This document shows, one piece after another, positions 19,360 to 30,368 of a stretch of 64,000 nucleotides of DNA. The notes below the pieces were generated by a model, which was given only the letters and a program-made list of their open reading frames with translations, made no database searches and was not told the DNA's origin. A program made the position numbers and the translations under genes. The stretch is from a virus. Its lineage: Duplodnaviria; Heunggongvirae; Uroviricota; Caudoviricetes. The stretch's first letter is position 1, and every line of letters begins with the position of its first letter. The stretch lies in IMG/VR virus record IMGVR_UViG_3300021407_000008; one strand, written 5' to 3'.

Positions 19360-22300
19360 CCGAACACCGGAGTCAAAAGTTTTTCCTGCGCGAAGGCTCC
19401 CGCAGAACCGTAGCCGGAATTGTTCCGCAACTGTCCCGCGATGTCGTAAGGCAAAACGTTCGTCCCCGTGGGGAACATATTGATAGCTGGCGAATTGGAG
19501 AGCAGATCATAGTCTCCCCCGCCGCTGTTTCCGCTTGTCCCGTCGTAGGCTTTGCGATTCTTATAACTGGGAAGATTGATGGTCGTGTTCACGTTGCACG
19601 CTGGCGGCTGACCTCCGGTGAGCGTGGTGTCGGAAGTGTAGACGCCTGTGAACTCGGGGCAAAAGGTTCCCGTTGCTGGCCACCCAGTCGAACCTCCGCT
19701 GGCCTCGACAAAGAAATTCGACCGCATACCTGAGTTGTAAAGGCAGGCCCAAGCTCCGACACGTGCTCCGCTGGCTGTAGGGCCAGCGTATGTATCCTGC
19801 TTCGTCGCACGTTGGTCTATGATATTTCCGATGTAGCCGTGAGTCTGCCGGAAGGCGATTTGGTTCGTGACGTTCTGTCCGGAGTTATAGCACCAGTTCA
19901 TACGAGAGCCGACCATGTCGTTGTCCCACATCATCACGTTGTTAACCGGGGTCACGTTGTCGGTGTCGTCTGCGGAATTGATGACTATCGGGTTCGTGAT
20001 TGAAGTGAAGTCGTTCTCGAAAACATTTTGAACGACTGCAATCCCGATGGGGTTAGAGTTTGATTCACCCACGCTCACAGCATTGTTTGATGACTGATTC
20101 GCAAAATAAAGGGTGTTGAAGGCAAAAATCGGCATGATCGAAGCAGGGTTGCCCTGCGAGGCGAAAGCGTCTGCGAATGCGACGTTGGTATTTGACTTTA
20201 CCGTGTTGCCTACAGTCGTATATATGTTGGATAGCCCGGCACCAGTTACCGTGGTGACATCGTTGCCTCGAATGAGATAAAACCCCATGTTCGTCGTCGA
20301 GAATGCGCGGAGGCCGTTGCCAGCGAGTGTGCTGGGGATTACCGATTCCGTCAGATAAACATCGGTGACGTTAAAGATTGGAGCCGTCCCACCCGACGAG
20401 AGCGAGACGTTATCGAACCATAAGTATGTGCTCGAACTGAAGATGCTGGTCGGCGCGGTTGCCACGTTGATCGTGATATTCCGCATCCGAAACGGCGTGC
20501 CGCAGTTGGTCGAACCCGAGGTACAGCGTGACCCAAATCCCTGCGTATCCGAACCGTTGTACTGGTCAATAACGACCGATGATTGCGCCCCGCCGTTAAT
20601 CGGCGTGAAAGTCAGCCAGCACTTCCCGGTTGTATTCGAGTATGAAGTCGTTGATCCGGTGAAGTTGTAATACCCTGCTGCACCATAAACCCATCCACAG
20701 CCATCGGCGTGCGTCGGAGTTGCGCTGGCCGCATTGTAGGCTTCCACCTTGATCGCCGCGCCATTCAACGTGCGGCAAGCTGGCGGCGGGGAACTCTGAC
20801 TGAAGGATGAAGTCGCCACAGCGCAAGCGGCAGTGTCCACGCCTGCAAACGTCTGCGTCGTTGTCTGGGTGAATACCGCCCCGCTGGTCCCGCCCGTCAA
20901 GGTCAATCCAGTCGTAGTTGACCACGCTCCGCTAACGACCTGCCCTAGGTGAATTGGCCCTGCACCATTCGCTCCGGTCACGTCAATCAGGTAAGCGATT
21001 GCCCCGGAAGTCTGCTGCGTGACTTTCTCCCCGGCTTGAAATGTTCCTGACGTGTGGGAACCGCTCATCGTGAAGGAACTGTCCACGTAGGCTGAAGCCG
21101 TGTAAGCGTTGGTTGAGTCATAGAGATAGTATTGCGGCGAAGCCAAAGGCGAAGGTTGCGGATACACCAGGACCGGCGCGGCAGTCGGAGTAAACACGGC
21201 CCCGCTGGTCTGTCCAGTCCACGTATGCGAGGAGTCGGCAGCGGAGGACTGGCTTATGATCGAGCCGATAATCATGCTGGGCGCGTTGGTCCCCAAGGGC
21301 AGGTTATCGAGATAGGCGACTACGTTCGTGGTTCCCTGCTTCACCTGTTCATTTGCCACAAACGTTCCACTAGTCACCGATCCAGTTACCGTCTGGTCAC
21401 AGCTATCCATGACTGCCGTCTCGTCCCCAATCCACGGATAGGCCCGGTAGCACAGGGTCAACTGATCGTGGTTCGTGAACGTCGAAGTCGAAACATTTCC
21501 CACGTACTCAATGATCGGTGCCTGGTCCGTCGTGACCGTCTGGCCTCCGACAGTCACATCAATCGTCGGAAATCCCTGCGTTGAAGTCGCTACATTGCTA
21601 TGCGCGTCCTGTCCACTGAAGATTACGCAAGCAATCGGCAGCGAATATTGCGGAAGCTGAGAGAATCCCGTCCCGCGCACGTTCACCGAACTGCCGGTAA
21701 CTAACTGCCATCCAGGGTAAGTCCAGTTGAATATCGTTCTGGCGTTGGCATAAGTCAGCGTGGAATTGTTCGTTACCGAGGTTCCCGCCGCGACCGTACC
21801 AACCGTGTTGCTTGAGCCGTCTGTATAGAAACTGTTAGCCACTTGGACGGTGACAGTCTCACCGGCAAAGATTGCCACCATGCCATTGCTGCCGAGCGCC
21901 AGCCGGAAGGTCGTCGTCCCGCCATTGCTTACCGCGTCATAGGTGCTGGCGTTCGGATAAGGATCGCGTAGCGTATGCGTTGCCCAGAGCGTGCGTGTAT
22001 AGGTTGTCGTCGAGCCGCACGTGCCTCCATTCGCCGTTCCTTGGAATCCGGTGGAGGTCACAGTCAGAATCACCGATGGACTGGTGGGCTTGTTGTTGCT
22101 CGCCTGACTGAATCCAAAGTTGCCAAACGTCCCGCCTGTGTTGCCGATGGTCGGAACGTCGATCTCCAAGACCCAGCCGTTGCAGGCTTGCGTCACATAA
22201 CAGGCTGAGGAAATTACCGTGTAAGACTGAGACGTTGCCGCCGTGCAAGTCGGCGTTGAAGCCACGGTCACAGTCGTAGAATTGGTGAATGCTGAAATCG

Positions 22301-22523
22301 TGCAAACCTGGCCGTTGAATAGCACGCCCTCTTGAACCATGCCGGACGCGAAGCAATTGCCCGATGAAGATGTAAGCGTAGTGCCGCTCAGGGTTGCTGT
22401 TCCCGTACATGGGGCCGTCACAGTGCTCACGCCCATGATGCGAAAAGCTGTCGGAGTGTAGACTGTCGCGTGCGCCATGCTCGCGGCTCCGAGAAGTAGG
22501 AACCAGATCAGGCGTTTCATTGG
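19353..22523 (-). CDS. Large beta-helix/tailspike-like structural protein with a signal peptide
   Basis: Probable start MKRLIWFLLLGAASMAHA. C-terminal beta-helix-like NN repeats. About 1050 aa. Confidence 0.45.
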   Translation of the reverse strand, partial: PMKRLIWFLLLGAASMAHATVYTPTAFRIMGVSTVTAPCTGTATLSGTTLTSSSGNCFASGMVQEGVLFNGQVCTISAFTNSTTVTVASTPTCTAATSQSYTVISSACYVTQACNGWVLEIDVPTIGNTGGTFGNFGFSQASNNKPTSPSVILTVTSTGFQGTANGGTCGSTTTYTRTLWATHTLRDPYPNASTYDAVSNGGTTTFRLALGSNGMVAIFAGETVTVQVANSFYTDGSSNTVGTVAAGTSVTNNSTLTYANARTIFNWTYPGWQLVTGSSVNVRGTGFSQLPQYSLPIACVIFSGQDAHSNVATSTQGFPTIDVTVGGQTVTTDQAPIIEYVGNVSTSTFTNHDQLTLCYRAYPWIGDETAVMDSCDQTVTGSVTSGTFVANEQVKQGTTNVVAYLDNLPLGTNAPSMIIGSIISQSSAADSSHTWTGQTSGAVFTPTAAPVLVYPQPSPLASPQYYLYDSTNAYTASAYVDSSFTMSGSHTSGTFQAGEKVTQQTSGAIAYLIDVTGANGAGPIHLGQVVSGAWSTTTGLTLTGGTSGAVFTQTTTQTFAGVDTAACAVATSSFSQSSPPPACRTLNGAAIKVEAYNAASATPTHADGCGWVYGAAGYYNFTGSTTSYSNTTGKCWLTFTPINGGAQSSVVIDQYNGSDTQGFGSRCTSGSTNCGTPFRMRNITINVATAPTSIFSSSTYLWFDNVSLSSGGTAPIFNVTDVYLTESVIPSTLAGNGLRAFSTTNMGFYLIRGNDVTTVTGAGLSNIYTTVGNTVKSNTNVAFADAFASQGNPASIMPIFAFNTLYFANQSSNNAVSVGESNSNPIGIAVVQNVFENDFTSITNPIVINSADDTDNVTPVNNVMMWDNDMVGSRMNWCYNSGQNVTNQIAFRQTHGYIGNIIDQRATKQDTYAGPTASGARVGAWACLYNSGMRSNFFVEASGGSTGWPATGTFCPEFTGVYTSDTTLTGGQPPACNVNTTINLPSYKNRKAYDGTSGNSGGGDYDLLSNSPAINMFPTGTNVLPYDIAGQLRNNSGYGSAGAFAQEKLLTPVFGW

Positions 22524-25500
22524 AAGTTCTGCCCCGCCGTGCAGTAAGTGTTCGTGCCATCCAGTTTGCAGGAGTACCAATCCACGGCATTCGCCGCTGC
22601 GGTCATCACCGGAGCGATTCCACCGGGCCACTTCACCGAGGTCCAAGTCACCGTATCGCTGCCTCCCGCCGCCTGCGTGATCTTCAGATAGATCGTCGTG
22701 ATAAGACTAGTCGGCTGCGCAAAGGCAATGGTCAGGTTACCAGTCAGCGTAATCGACTGATACATCCCATTCGCAGGCGTAACCGTAATCGAGCCGGTTG
22801 TGGCGTTGCCAGTATTGTAGGTTGCATCGTAGACTTCTCCGCTCTTGTCCACGGCTAACTGGGTCGTGTTTCCGACTGCCAGATTCAAGAGGTTAGAAAA
22901 TGCCGCCGATGATGTATTAGTTACGTTCTCGTAGATTCCTTGACCCACAAGGCTGGAGTTGTTCCATGTACTTTCAAGCTGCAAAAGCGGCGGTCCGGTG
23001 GTTCCGGTTACTCCCGCTTGCTGAATTTCTATTGGCGTTGCCGTGGAACCAGAAGCCGTTCCGATTTGCACTACGGACTGATTAGCCAATTTATTCGTCA
23101 GGGTACCGCCAGTAGCAGCAGACGTTTCTCCGAAGCTCATCGCGTCTTGTGCATCGGTAGTTTGTGCCCAGTTCCAAAGAATCGGATTGTTCCCATTGGC
23201 AATAGTAGTAGTAGTAGTAGCTGCCGCAACTTGATCTAGTCTAACTGTAGAAGAACCCCCAAATTGAACATAGGTTAAGGAACTACCAGATGAACCAATA
23301 CTGGTAACCTGTGATGTCAACAGCCATCCGGTATCGGAGTTTGCCGTTCCTGACTGTACCGGTATTATCCCCGTATTATTAACATCCGAAGGTGTATCGT
23401 AGTCGAGCGCCCTTGTGAATACAGCCGAAACCCCGGTCGTACCAACTACTGTAGCGGTGTAGACTCCGTTCTGAGATGCGGTTGATTGGTTTTTAAATAA
23501 AACCCGTTGACCGATTGTGTTAATAGTTATTCCGTCGAGCGTAAACGTTCCAGTAGCAGTGATTGTAAAGGTGTCTCCAACGCCGCCGCCTACCTGAACA
23601 TAAGTTCCGGTTAGGTTGGCCGTGGATGCCGCGAGGACGGCTACTGCGGGATTGACACCAGCCAAAGCGTTAGCAACAGCTAGGTCTGTATAGGCAGTAG
23701 TGGCTACCTTTGTAGAATTATTGTTTTGTGATTGGGTAACAGCAACAACGTTTGTTCCCAGTGCCCCAGTGGTAATTGTTCCAGAAGAACTAACGGCGAA
23801 CTCAAGCGTTCCCCCAGATAACGTACCGTTAGTATTCGTGGCTCCAAGGTAAGCATCAAGCAAGTCCCCGGTATTTGTCCCTGATCCATCTTCGGCAATT
23901 ACTAATGGAACTTGGCTAGTACCAGTTCCGGTTGTAGCCACCAGTAAAGCTCCAGATGTGTTGTTTGAGTTAGAAGCATTTGTAAAGTAAAACGGGTAAT
24001 GTAGAGTTCCTGTTTCTACACCACCGAAACCATAGTTATTGCCTGCAGTAGTCTCCGTCCTCTGTACCTGCGAGGCAGAGCCGGTAACTTGATCCAGCGA
24101 TGGAGCAGAGCCAGAAGCGGTTAACGTGCTAGCTGAGTTCATGTCAATCAATGGCAGAGTTGTACTTATGGTTGCCGTAGAACCGTCGCCTAGGGTAAAC
24201 GTCCCAGAAACGGCTACAACTACTCCAACCGTGGCACCTTGAGAATTTGTGCAAGAAGAAGTTCCGCCGCTGTCGGTTACTTGCCCTGCCGTGCTACCAG
24301 CGCAAACCGTATCGCCTACCGTCACGGCAGCAGAAGCATTAATTGGTGATTGGCTTGGCGGAGAAAGAATTATATCCGTGTTCGAGTTGGCTGTTTCTAT
24401 AATCCCTAGCCAGTTTTGCGGAGAAGCGCCGCAATTCTTTACGGTCATAGCAGTAGTTGAAGAAATGCAGGCTAAATCCCACTGAGTAGAGGTTGCGGCT
24501 TTAATGTATTGTTTGCCGAAGCCAAGTATTCCCTGTAGTCCCTGCGTTGCTCCCGTACTTGCTCCGGGTTCGATTAGGACAGAACCAGCGGTAGATGAAG
24601 CATTGGTCGCAGCGTTTGAGCCTCCAGTGATTAATACTGGACCACCAGCGGAAGATGCACCGCCAGCGCCAGTCTCATTAGCTCCACGGAGAGTCAATCC
24701 ACCAAGAGCAGAGTTAGCGGAGGCGTCTTTTCCGCCAGTGATTGTTAATAGTTGTGTAGTAGTCGCATCGCTTAGCAAGTTGCTGGATTCTAGCAAGTCG
24801 GAAACAACCGTATTGCCATTGGAGTCGAACTTTATCAGGGCATTGGTTGTAGGGCTACCGGTAGATAGTTGCAACAAAGCACCATTGCCTTGTTCTCCAG
24901 TTACCCCCGAAATGGACAACGTATTGGTACTTAAAATTATTGGAGACGTGAATGTAGCGGTTAAGTCGCTAATCGCTGGCTGTGTCTGCGTAAGAACACC
25001 ATTGGTCCCAAGAGAGTTCAACCACTTGTGGGAAGAGTTAGCGAGAGCTACAACCGTAGTACCAATAGTTCCAGCGTTGCCAATTTCGTGAACTCTTAAA
25101 TCTGCTGAGTCGAACCAAATCAACGTACCAGAAGCAGGGGCACTAGGTGCCGCCGAAGAAGGTAAGGAAATTTCCCCCGTTCCTGGAACGGTTGCAGACC
25201 CAGAAGCGAATCCAGCGGCAAATATATTGCCGGTAGCCGCGCATGAACCGCCAGAGCTAACATCAACTTGCCCTGCTGCCCCACGGCACAACCCAGTATC
25301 GGCAACATTTCCAGAAGTGGTCCAGATTAAGCTTCCGCCTAGATATTCGTTTCTGAATCTAAGTGCTGCGGAACCAAGGTCGATAGCATTATCGGACGCT
25401 GGAATCAACGAGCTATTAAGCGCCACGGCAGACAAGTTAGAAAGTTGTTGGTTAGCTCCCGATGCACCAGAATTCAATTGTTGAGTAAACACGTTTGTAG

Positions 25501-28500
25501 TAGTGCAGAAATATAGATTCTGGCCAGCGGTAGCATCGGTTGCAAAATAAACATCGCCAACCGTACACGTAGCAGGTTTTGCTGCCGTCAGTCCGGTAGT
25601 TGCTGGCGAACTATGAGCAGTGCTACGGAAGTTAACGCTTGCCGTGCTGGTTAGTCCGGTAAAGGTTCCTAATCCAGCGGTGCTTACACTATAAACGGAA
25701 GAACCACCTACCATCATGGTGATATATCCACCATAATTAGATATGCCGTTTGAGATACCGCCAGCAACCGCCGCTGGGCCTGCTGCTGGTGGGCAGTCAG
25801 TAGTTACGCTTCCATTGCCATCTAGACGGTAATAACCAATATGCGGACACGCTGCTTGGGTAACAACATTGGAGTTTCCGTCATCTACAATTACGTTTAC
25901 AGGAACGTTTGATCCTAGGCCACCATACCCACCAGCGGTTTCATCGTCGCTGTGCAGAATTTCTATTCCCACTGGAGTACCAAAACGGTTGCAGATATGG
26001 TATGCAGTAGAGTGGTTATTGCCAGTCGCGCCAGCGCTGATTCCGGTAGCGTTGCCACCTGTAGGTTGTCCGTTTTGCGTCCATCCAATATTTGAGTTAA
26101 TCCACAGATCATTGAATGTCCAGTTAGCCGTGGGACCATTACAACCGATTTCTACCGCCGCTAGTTTTGTAGACTCCAAGTGAGAATGCTCAAACGTCCC
26201 ACCCCAGCCGTTAGCAACGAAGTCATGTGCGGGGTACTCCGATCCAGCGGATTCCTTCAAGTTGGTGTTCGTAATAGTAAACTGCCGCCACGGCCTGAAA
26301 CCGGCAATTGTGTTAATTACGACTTCGTTTCCATAGGTGATTACCGTACCACCTGAACCAGCACTATCCCCTGCTCCGCCAAATCCATTTGTGGAAACTG
26401 CGTATTGGTTGGCGGCGGTGAATGGCGTACCAGCATAAGTCCATGGGTCAATTGTGTTGGCATAAGCAAGAGAACAAGTTGTTAATGTCGCAGATGTATG
26501 CCCGGCCGTAGAAGTGTTCAACCATCCGGTGATGGAACTGCTGCTAGATGAGTAGACCGTGAGAATCTTTCCGTTAGCAAAAGCATCTCCACCAGTACAA
26601 CCGCTGATGTAGACGAGTGCATTCATGGCGCATTTAGAAAAGCCAGCACCAGCAGCGGTTGTACAATTTGGACTACCAGTTTGTACCGTGTCTTGTGGAA
26701 AATCGTTAGTTGCCGTGATCGTAACTACGGCAGTGTTAGCTGCACCAGAAGCTATGGTTGCGCCAGTTACGGTCCCAGACATATCAGACATAGCCCCAAC
26801 CGTATATGTCCCAGAAATTGCTAGTCCGGTAATCCCGTTGGTTCCGTTGGCTGGGGTAGACAAACAACCATTGCCAGCGCACGGCGGAGTCCCGCCAGCG
26901 GTATGTGCAATACCTGAATCTGTTCCAATCAATACTTCTAACCCTGGATACGGAGAACATGTTGTGGTACCTGCTGCGCTGCAAGCTCCGCCGCTTACCG
27001 TAAAAATCATCACACAAGGAACGGTAGCGTTAGCACCGCACCCTTGCTGATTGAAGGCTGGAACTGACCAAGATGCCAGTGTAAATGGGGCCGCTCCGTC
27101 GCCAGCATTTGGATCGTTCGCAATTCCAGATGTTGCATTGCTGTGAACAATGTAAGCGCCTTCCCACGCTGTTCCGTTCTGTGTGGCACGAGAACCAGCA
27201 ACAATGCCAACAGGACAATCGTTGATCCCGATATAAGAAATCTTTGTATTATCTTGGCCAGACATGACGCTTGCGGCATAAGTAGGCCAGCTAGAAGCGC
27301 ACCCCAACTGCATTAGGCCAGCGTGAGTGTTATATGGACCGTAAACTCCAGCACCGTTAGCGGCTCCAGTTTGGCTTAGAGGCTGCCCCCAAGAAAATAA
27401 AGCGGGAGCGAATGTCGCGCCAGAACCAGCATTAAACGATACCGGCTTTAGTCCAGTAGGACCGTTGACGTTGTTGTTGCCAATAGCCGTTCCCCACATT
27501 TCGGCAGAGTTTTGCGGGTTAAAGTTTCCCGATGCAGCGAGTGGGATAATTCCAGCAGGAAGATATAGGGTACCGCTATTACCGGCGTCGGTAGATATTA
27601 CAAATGGGTTAGAAGAACACGAGATGTTGCCAGCACCTTGGATTTCTCCTCTGGCATCTGTAACTCCACCAGTATTGCTGTTGACCAAAGAAGTTGAAGC
27701 AGTATGGATAGCCGCGCAACGGTCTGCTCCAGAAAAAGCTACTGTCCATATTGGGTTAGCATTAGCTACGGGAGCGCTCGCACCATTGCCAACTGCTAGC
27801 TGTCCTTGTGGAACGGTGAGTCCGGCGATGTTGGTTGCGGTTGTAAAATAGGCAAACTGACTAGCCGTTGGTGGACCTGTGCTTGTAACCGTTCCCGTCC
27901 CAGAAGCATTGCAACTAACAGTAGTGGCACCGTTAGAAGCGTCTATGCAAAGCAGCGTTCCTGCTGCGCCAGTAATTGTTCCAGAAGTCAATATATTCGC
28001 ATCTGTACCCTGAAGCGGAACCGTGCTAGGTGTTCCGGTACCGGTTGCGATCTTAAGCATTCCAGTGGACAATCCGGCAAGATTGACTCCGTTGATGCCG
28101 GAATTGGTCATCACGCCGCCAGCGGTCATAGAAGAGTCGCCGCTAATAGCTGTTGCTACTGGAAGGTTTGAGGCGCTTCCAATCCAAATATCCGTGTTAG
28201 TCAAAGACGCTGCCGTAAGCTGATTGCTGGAATTTGTCGCGGCTACGGTTGCCGAAGTTGGGAAAGACCCGCCATTAACCTTGCTTGTGGTTGTTGAGCA
28301 GTTCCCGGCAGATGTAGTCGTGTCACCAGTAAGTGCTGGGGTTTGCGTACACGATAAAGAACCCGTCAAATCGCCAAACCCCGGCTGCGATTGTGTAAAC
28401 ACGCCCGTAGTATTGGTATAGCTTGTTAACCAATTGTGAGCCGAAGAAGCTATTGTTGATGGCCAAGTTAGCGTGCTTCCATTAGAACCGAATACGGGAA

Positions 28501-28906
28501 GATGGTTGGTTGTATTGAAAGCTATGACTGCATCGGTTGTAGGCGCTGCGCCCGCACCGTTGGGGAGAACTACGCCAGCCGTTACCGAAGCAGCAGACAT
28601 GTTAAATATGCCGGTAGAGCCAAGCGTTAGAGTATGGCTGGAATAAGACAAGTCAGTAAGCGTGGTTCCGCCGAATACCGCCGAACTGTTGTACTGAATA
28701 GCCCCGCTAGAACCTCCTGGACTTGAACCTGTACCGCCGCAAGTTCCGCCCGCATCTTCGATAACTGTTGCCGAAGCAAACGCTACGCAATGGCCTACGG
28801 TAATCGCTCCGGTAGTAGTAACTCCGCCACCGCCGCTAATCTGGGCGGACATGGCACACTGAAATGCCAGTAAGGCCAAAAATACTTTTAATGTATGTCT
28901 TAGCAT
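22517..28906 (-). CDS. Giant (2129 aa) Thr/Ser/Gly/Ala/Asn-rich fibre or adhesin-like protein with a signal peptide
   Basis: Uninterrupted 6.4-kb ORF. Signal peptide MLRHTLKVFLALLAFQCAMSA. Low-complexity repetitive composition. Confidence 0.55.
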   Translation of the reverse strand: MLRHTLKVFLALLAFQCAMSAQISGGGGVTTTGAITVGHCVAFASATVIEDAGGTCGGTGSSPGGSSGAIQYNSSAVFGGTTLTDLSYSSHTLTLGSTGIFNMSAASVTAGVVLPNGAGAAPTTDAVIAFNTTNHLPVFGSNGSTLTWPSTIASSAHNWLTSYTNTTGVFTQSQPGFGDLTGSLSCTQTPALTGDTTTSAGNCSTTTSKVNGGSFPTSATVAATNSSNQLTAASLTNTDIWIGSASNLPVATAISGDSSMTAGGVMTNSGINGVNLAGLSTGMLKIATGTGTPSTVPLQGTDANILTSGTITGAAGTLLCIDASNGATTVSCNASGTGTVTSTGPPTASQFAYFTTATNIAGLTVPQGQLAVGNGASAPVANANPIWTVAFSGADRCAAIHTASTSLVNSNTGGVTDARGEIQGAGNISCSSNPFVISTDAGNSGTLYLPAGIIPLAASGNFNPQNSAEMWGTAIGNNNVNGPTGLKPVSFNAGSGATFAPALFSWGQPLSQTGAANGAGVYGPYNTHAGLMQLGCASSWPTYAASVMSGQDNTKISYIGINDCPVGIVAGSRATQNGTAWEGAYIVHSNATSGIANDPNAGDGAAPFTLASWSVPAFNQQGCGANATVPCVMIFTVSGGACSAAGTTTCSPYPGLEVLIGTDSGIAHTAGGTPPCAGNGCLSTPANGTNGITGLAISGTYTVGAMSDMSGTVTGATIASGAANTAVVTITATNDFPQDTVQTGSPNCTTAAGAGFSKCAMNALVYISGCTGGDAFANGKILTVYSSSSSSITGWLNTSTAGHTSATLTTCSLAYANTIDPWTYAGTPFTAANQYAVSTNGFGGAGDSAGSGGTVITYGNEVVINTIAGFRPWRQFTITNTNLKESAGSEYPAHDFVANGWGGTFEHSHLESTKLAAVEIGCNGPTANWTFNDLWINSNIGWTQNGQPTGGNATGISAGATGNNHSTAYHICNRFGTPVGIEILHSDDETAGGYGGLGSNVPVNVIVDDGNSNVVTQAACPHIGYYRLDGNGSVTTDCPPAAGPAAVAGGISNGISNYGGYITMMVGGSSVYSVSTAGLGTFTGLTSTASVNFRSTAHSSPATTGLTAAKPATCTVGDVYFATDATAGQNLYFCTTTNVFTQQLNSGASGANQQLSNLSAVALNSSLIPASDNAIDLGSAALRFRNEYLGGSLIWTTSGNVADTGLCRGAAGQVDVSSGGSCAATGNIFAAGFASGSATVPGTGEISLPSSAAPSAPASGTLIWFDSADLRVHEIGNAGTIGTTVVALANSSHKWLNSLGTNGVLTQTQPAISDLTATFTSPIILSTNTLSISGVTGEQGNGALLQLSTGSPTTNALIKFDSNGNTVVSDLLESSNLLSDATTTQLLTITGGKDASANSALGGLTLRGANETGAGGASSAGGPVLITGGSNAATNASSTAGSVLIEPGASTGATQGLQGILGFGKQYIKAATSTQWDLACISSTTAMTVKNCGASPQNWLGIIETANSNTDIILSPPSQSPINASAAVTVGDTVCAGSTAGQVTDSGGTSSCTNSQGATVGVVVAVSGTFTLGDGSTATISTTLPLIDMNSASTLTASGSAPSLDQVTGSASQVQRTETTAGNNYGFGGVETGTLHYPFYFTNASNSNNTSGALLVATTGTGTSQVPLVIAEDGSGTNTGDLLDAYLGATNTNGTLSGGTLEFAVSSSGTITTGALGTNVVAVTQSQNNNSTKVATTAYTDLAVANALAGVNPAVAVLAASTANLTGTYVQVGGGVGDTFTITATGTFTLDGITINTIGQRVLFKNQSTASQNGVYTATVVGTTGVSAVFTRALDYDTPSDVNNTGIIPVQSGTANSDTGWLLTSQVTSIGSSGSSLTYVQFGGSSTVRLDQVAAATTTTTIANGNNPILWNWAQTTDAQDAMSFGETSAATGGTLTNKLANQSVVQIGTASGSTATPIEIQQAGVTGTTGPPLLQLESTWNNSSLVGQGIYENVTNTSSAAFSNLLNLAVGNTTQLAVDKSGEVYDATYNTGNATTGSITVTPANGMYQSITLTGNLTIAFAQPTSLITTIYLKITQAAGGSDTVTWTSVKWPGGIAPVMTAAANAVDWYSCKLDGTNTYCTAGQNFQ

Positions 28907-29304
28907 TATCCTGCCACCCTACCCGGTGCCCATGTTACTGAATATTCAACAAATACTTGGCAAGTTTGTGCTGCATTTAGGTTTAACGTCAGATCAAAAC
29001 CAAGGTTGCTGCTTGTATTTCTGGTTGTCTCAAACAAGAATCCCGGAGGGCTGGCACGTTCCGTCCAATTACCCGGAACGGCTGGAATGTAGAACGGTCC
29101 AGCTAGATTGCTAAAATTTGAATCCTGCCAAGTAACCAGCAGTGGATTTGTGGCGTTCTGATTTTGAACGTTGTAACTGTGGACGCGGACTACCGCCCCG
29201 CGCTGGTTACCGTGGGCCGGACCAGTCTTATAGGGATTCGTAACTACGGTCGTGGAATTAGCCGAACTGACAGTAACGTTCGCCGTTTGCACAAAAGGGG
29301 CCAT
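28906..29304 (-). CDS. Hypothetical structural protein
   Basis: 132-aa ORF directly upstream of the giant gene, with an ATGA-like junction. Confidence 0.35.
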   Translation of the reverse strand: MAPFVQTANVTVSSANSTTVVTNPYKTGPAHGNQRGAVVRVHSYNVQNQNATNPLLVTWQDSNFSNLAGPFYIPAVPGNWTERASPPGFLFETTRNTSSNLGFDLTLNLNAAQTCQVFVEYSVTWAPGRVAG

Positions 29305-29387
29305 AATTTATATTTCTCCGCGCTTACAGACCAAGACATTCTTCAACGTCAAAATTAATATCCCTTACAAGGGAATCATCAATGTAG

Positions 29388-29783
29388 TCACCGGCATGAT
29401 TCCTCTTTCCCTTCCCCGTTTTCATAATCGCGCTGAATGGTCAGAGTAAGCAGGCTGACCGCAAGCATTAGCTTGCCAAATTTTTCTTCCACGTTGCCGC
29501 GAAACTCGGCTGAATCTTTTTGCAAGTCTGGTAATCGGAAGCTTTCGTCGAACACGGTCAACCGCTTCAGGACTTCAAACATTTCATCTACGTGGTTTCC
29601 GGTCCATGCCGCATTCCACGATTCTTGCGCCAAGTCTTTTTGTTCCTTGGTTAACTCACGCTTTTCTGCCCAACGATTAAACGATCCAACGCGAGATAGT
29701 TGCATCTTCGCTAAGCGGCGAAAGCGCTCAAGCCTATCCTCTGTGGGCAATGCTTCTGCTGTAACCGTTTCTAATACTTGCAA
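29388..29783 (-). CDS. Hypothetical protein
   Basis: ORF in the array. Confidence 0.35.
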   Translation of the reverse strand: MQVLETVTAEALPTEDRLERFRRLAKMQLSRVGSFNRWAEKRELTKEQKDLAQESWNAAWTGNHVDEMFEVLKRLTVFDESFRLPDLQKDSAEFRGNVEEKFGKLMLAVSLLTLTIQRDYENGEGKEESCR

Positions 29784-30167
29784 TTAATTAACTCCTAGGT
29801 AATCAGCCATGGCATTCGACACTGGCTTCATTAGACTTTCCTGTGCGTTCTCGTCGAACCAATGAGTGCGGCAGCGATTTTCTTTGTAGCTAGGAAATGG
29901 ACAGGCTTTTACGCAACAATACCCGTCTACGATTATTTCTACGCGGCGCTTAGGTCCGAACTGGTTGCGAAATGAGCAGGTTCCAGAGTGTCCGAATGGA
30001 CGCTTACATGGACAGTCTGGAAGTTTCATCTTGCCAACCGATTTTCGGATAGACTCGGCGCATAGGTTGAAATGGATGGAAGCATCAGCGAATGTGTTGC
30101 CGGGGATAGCTACGAAGGCACGTATAGCTTCTCTTTGAGAATCTTGTAAGGCGTGAGCCATTCTCAA
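29784..30167 (-). CDS. Cys-rich hypothetical protein
   Basis: Multiple CxxC pairs. Confidence 0.35.
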   Translation of the reverse strand: MRMAHALQDSQREAIRAFVAIPGNTFADASIHFNLCAESIRKSVGKMKLPDCPCKRPFGHSGTCSFRNQFGPKRRVEIIVDGYCCVKACPFPSYKENRCRTHWFDENAQESLMKPVSNAMADYLGVN

Positions 30168-30368
30168 ACGACTATATCTTTTTTGTTGGATGATTTACTA
30201 CGGGCAGGAGTTAGGAGGCTATGCCAATGCGTGCTTTGGCTATGTGTACTTTGCGGAAATGCTCTTCTAGTTCTTCCAATGTCAAAAAAGGCTTCCCGCC
30301 GCCCTCGCAAAGATGACAGTATGCGCGATATGGCGGCGGGATTATGAAATCAAGTTTTGGTTCTTTAC

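Noticed and set aside
22520-28421. Numerous 60-195-aa plus-strand ORFs inside the 2129-aa gene
   Set aside because: They lie on the opposite strand of a continuous 6.4-kb ORF with low-complexity composition. They are expected by chance in GC-balanced repetitive sequence.
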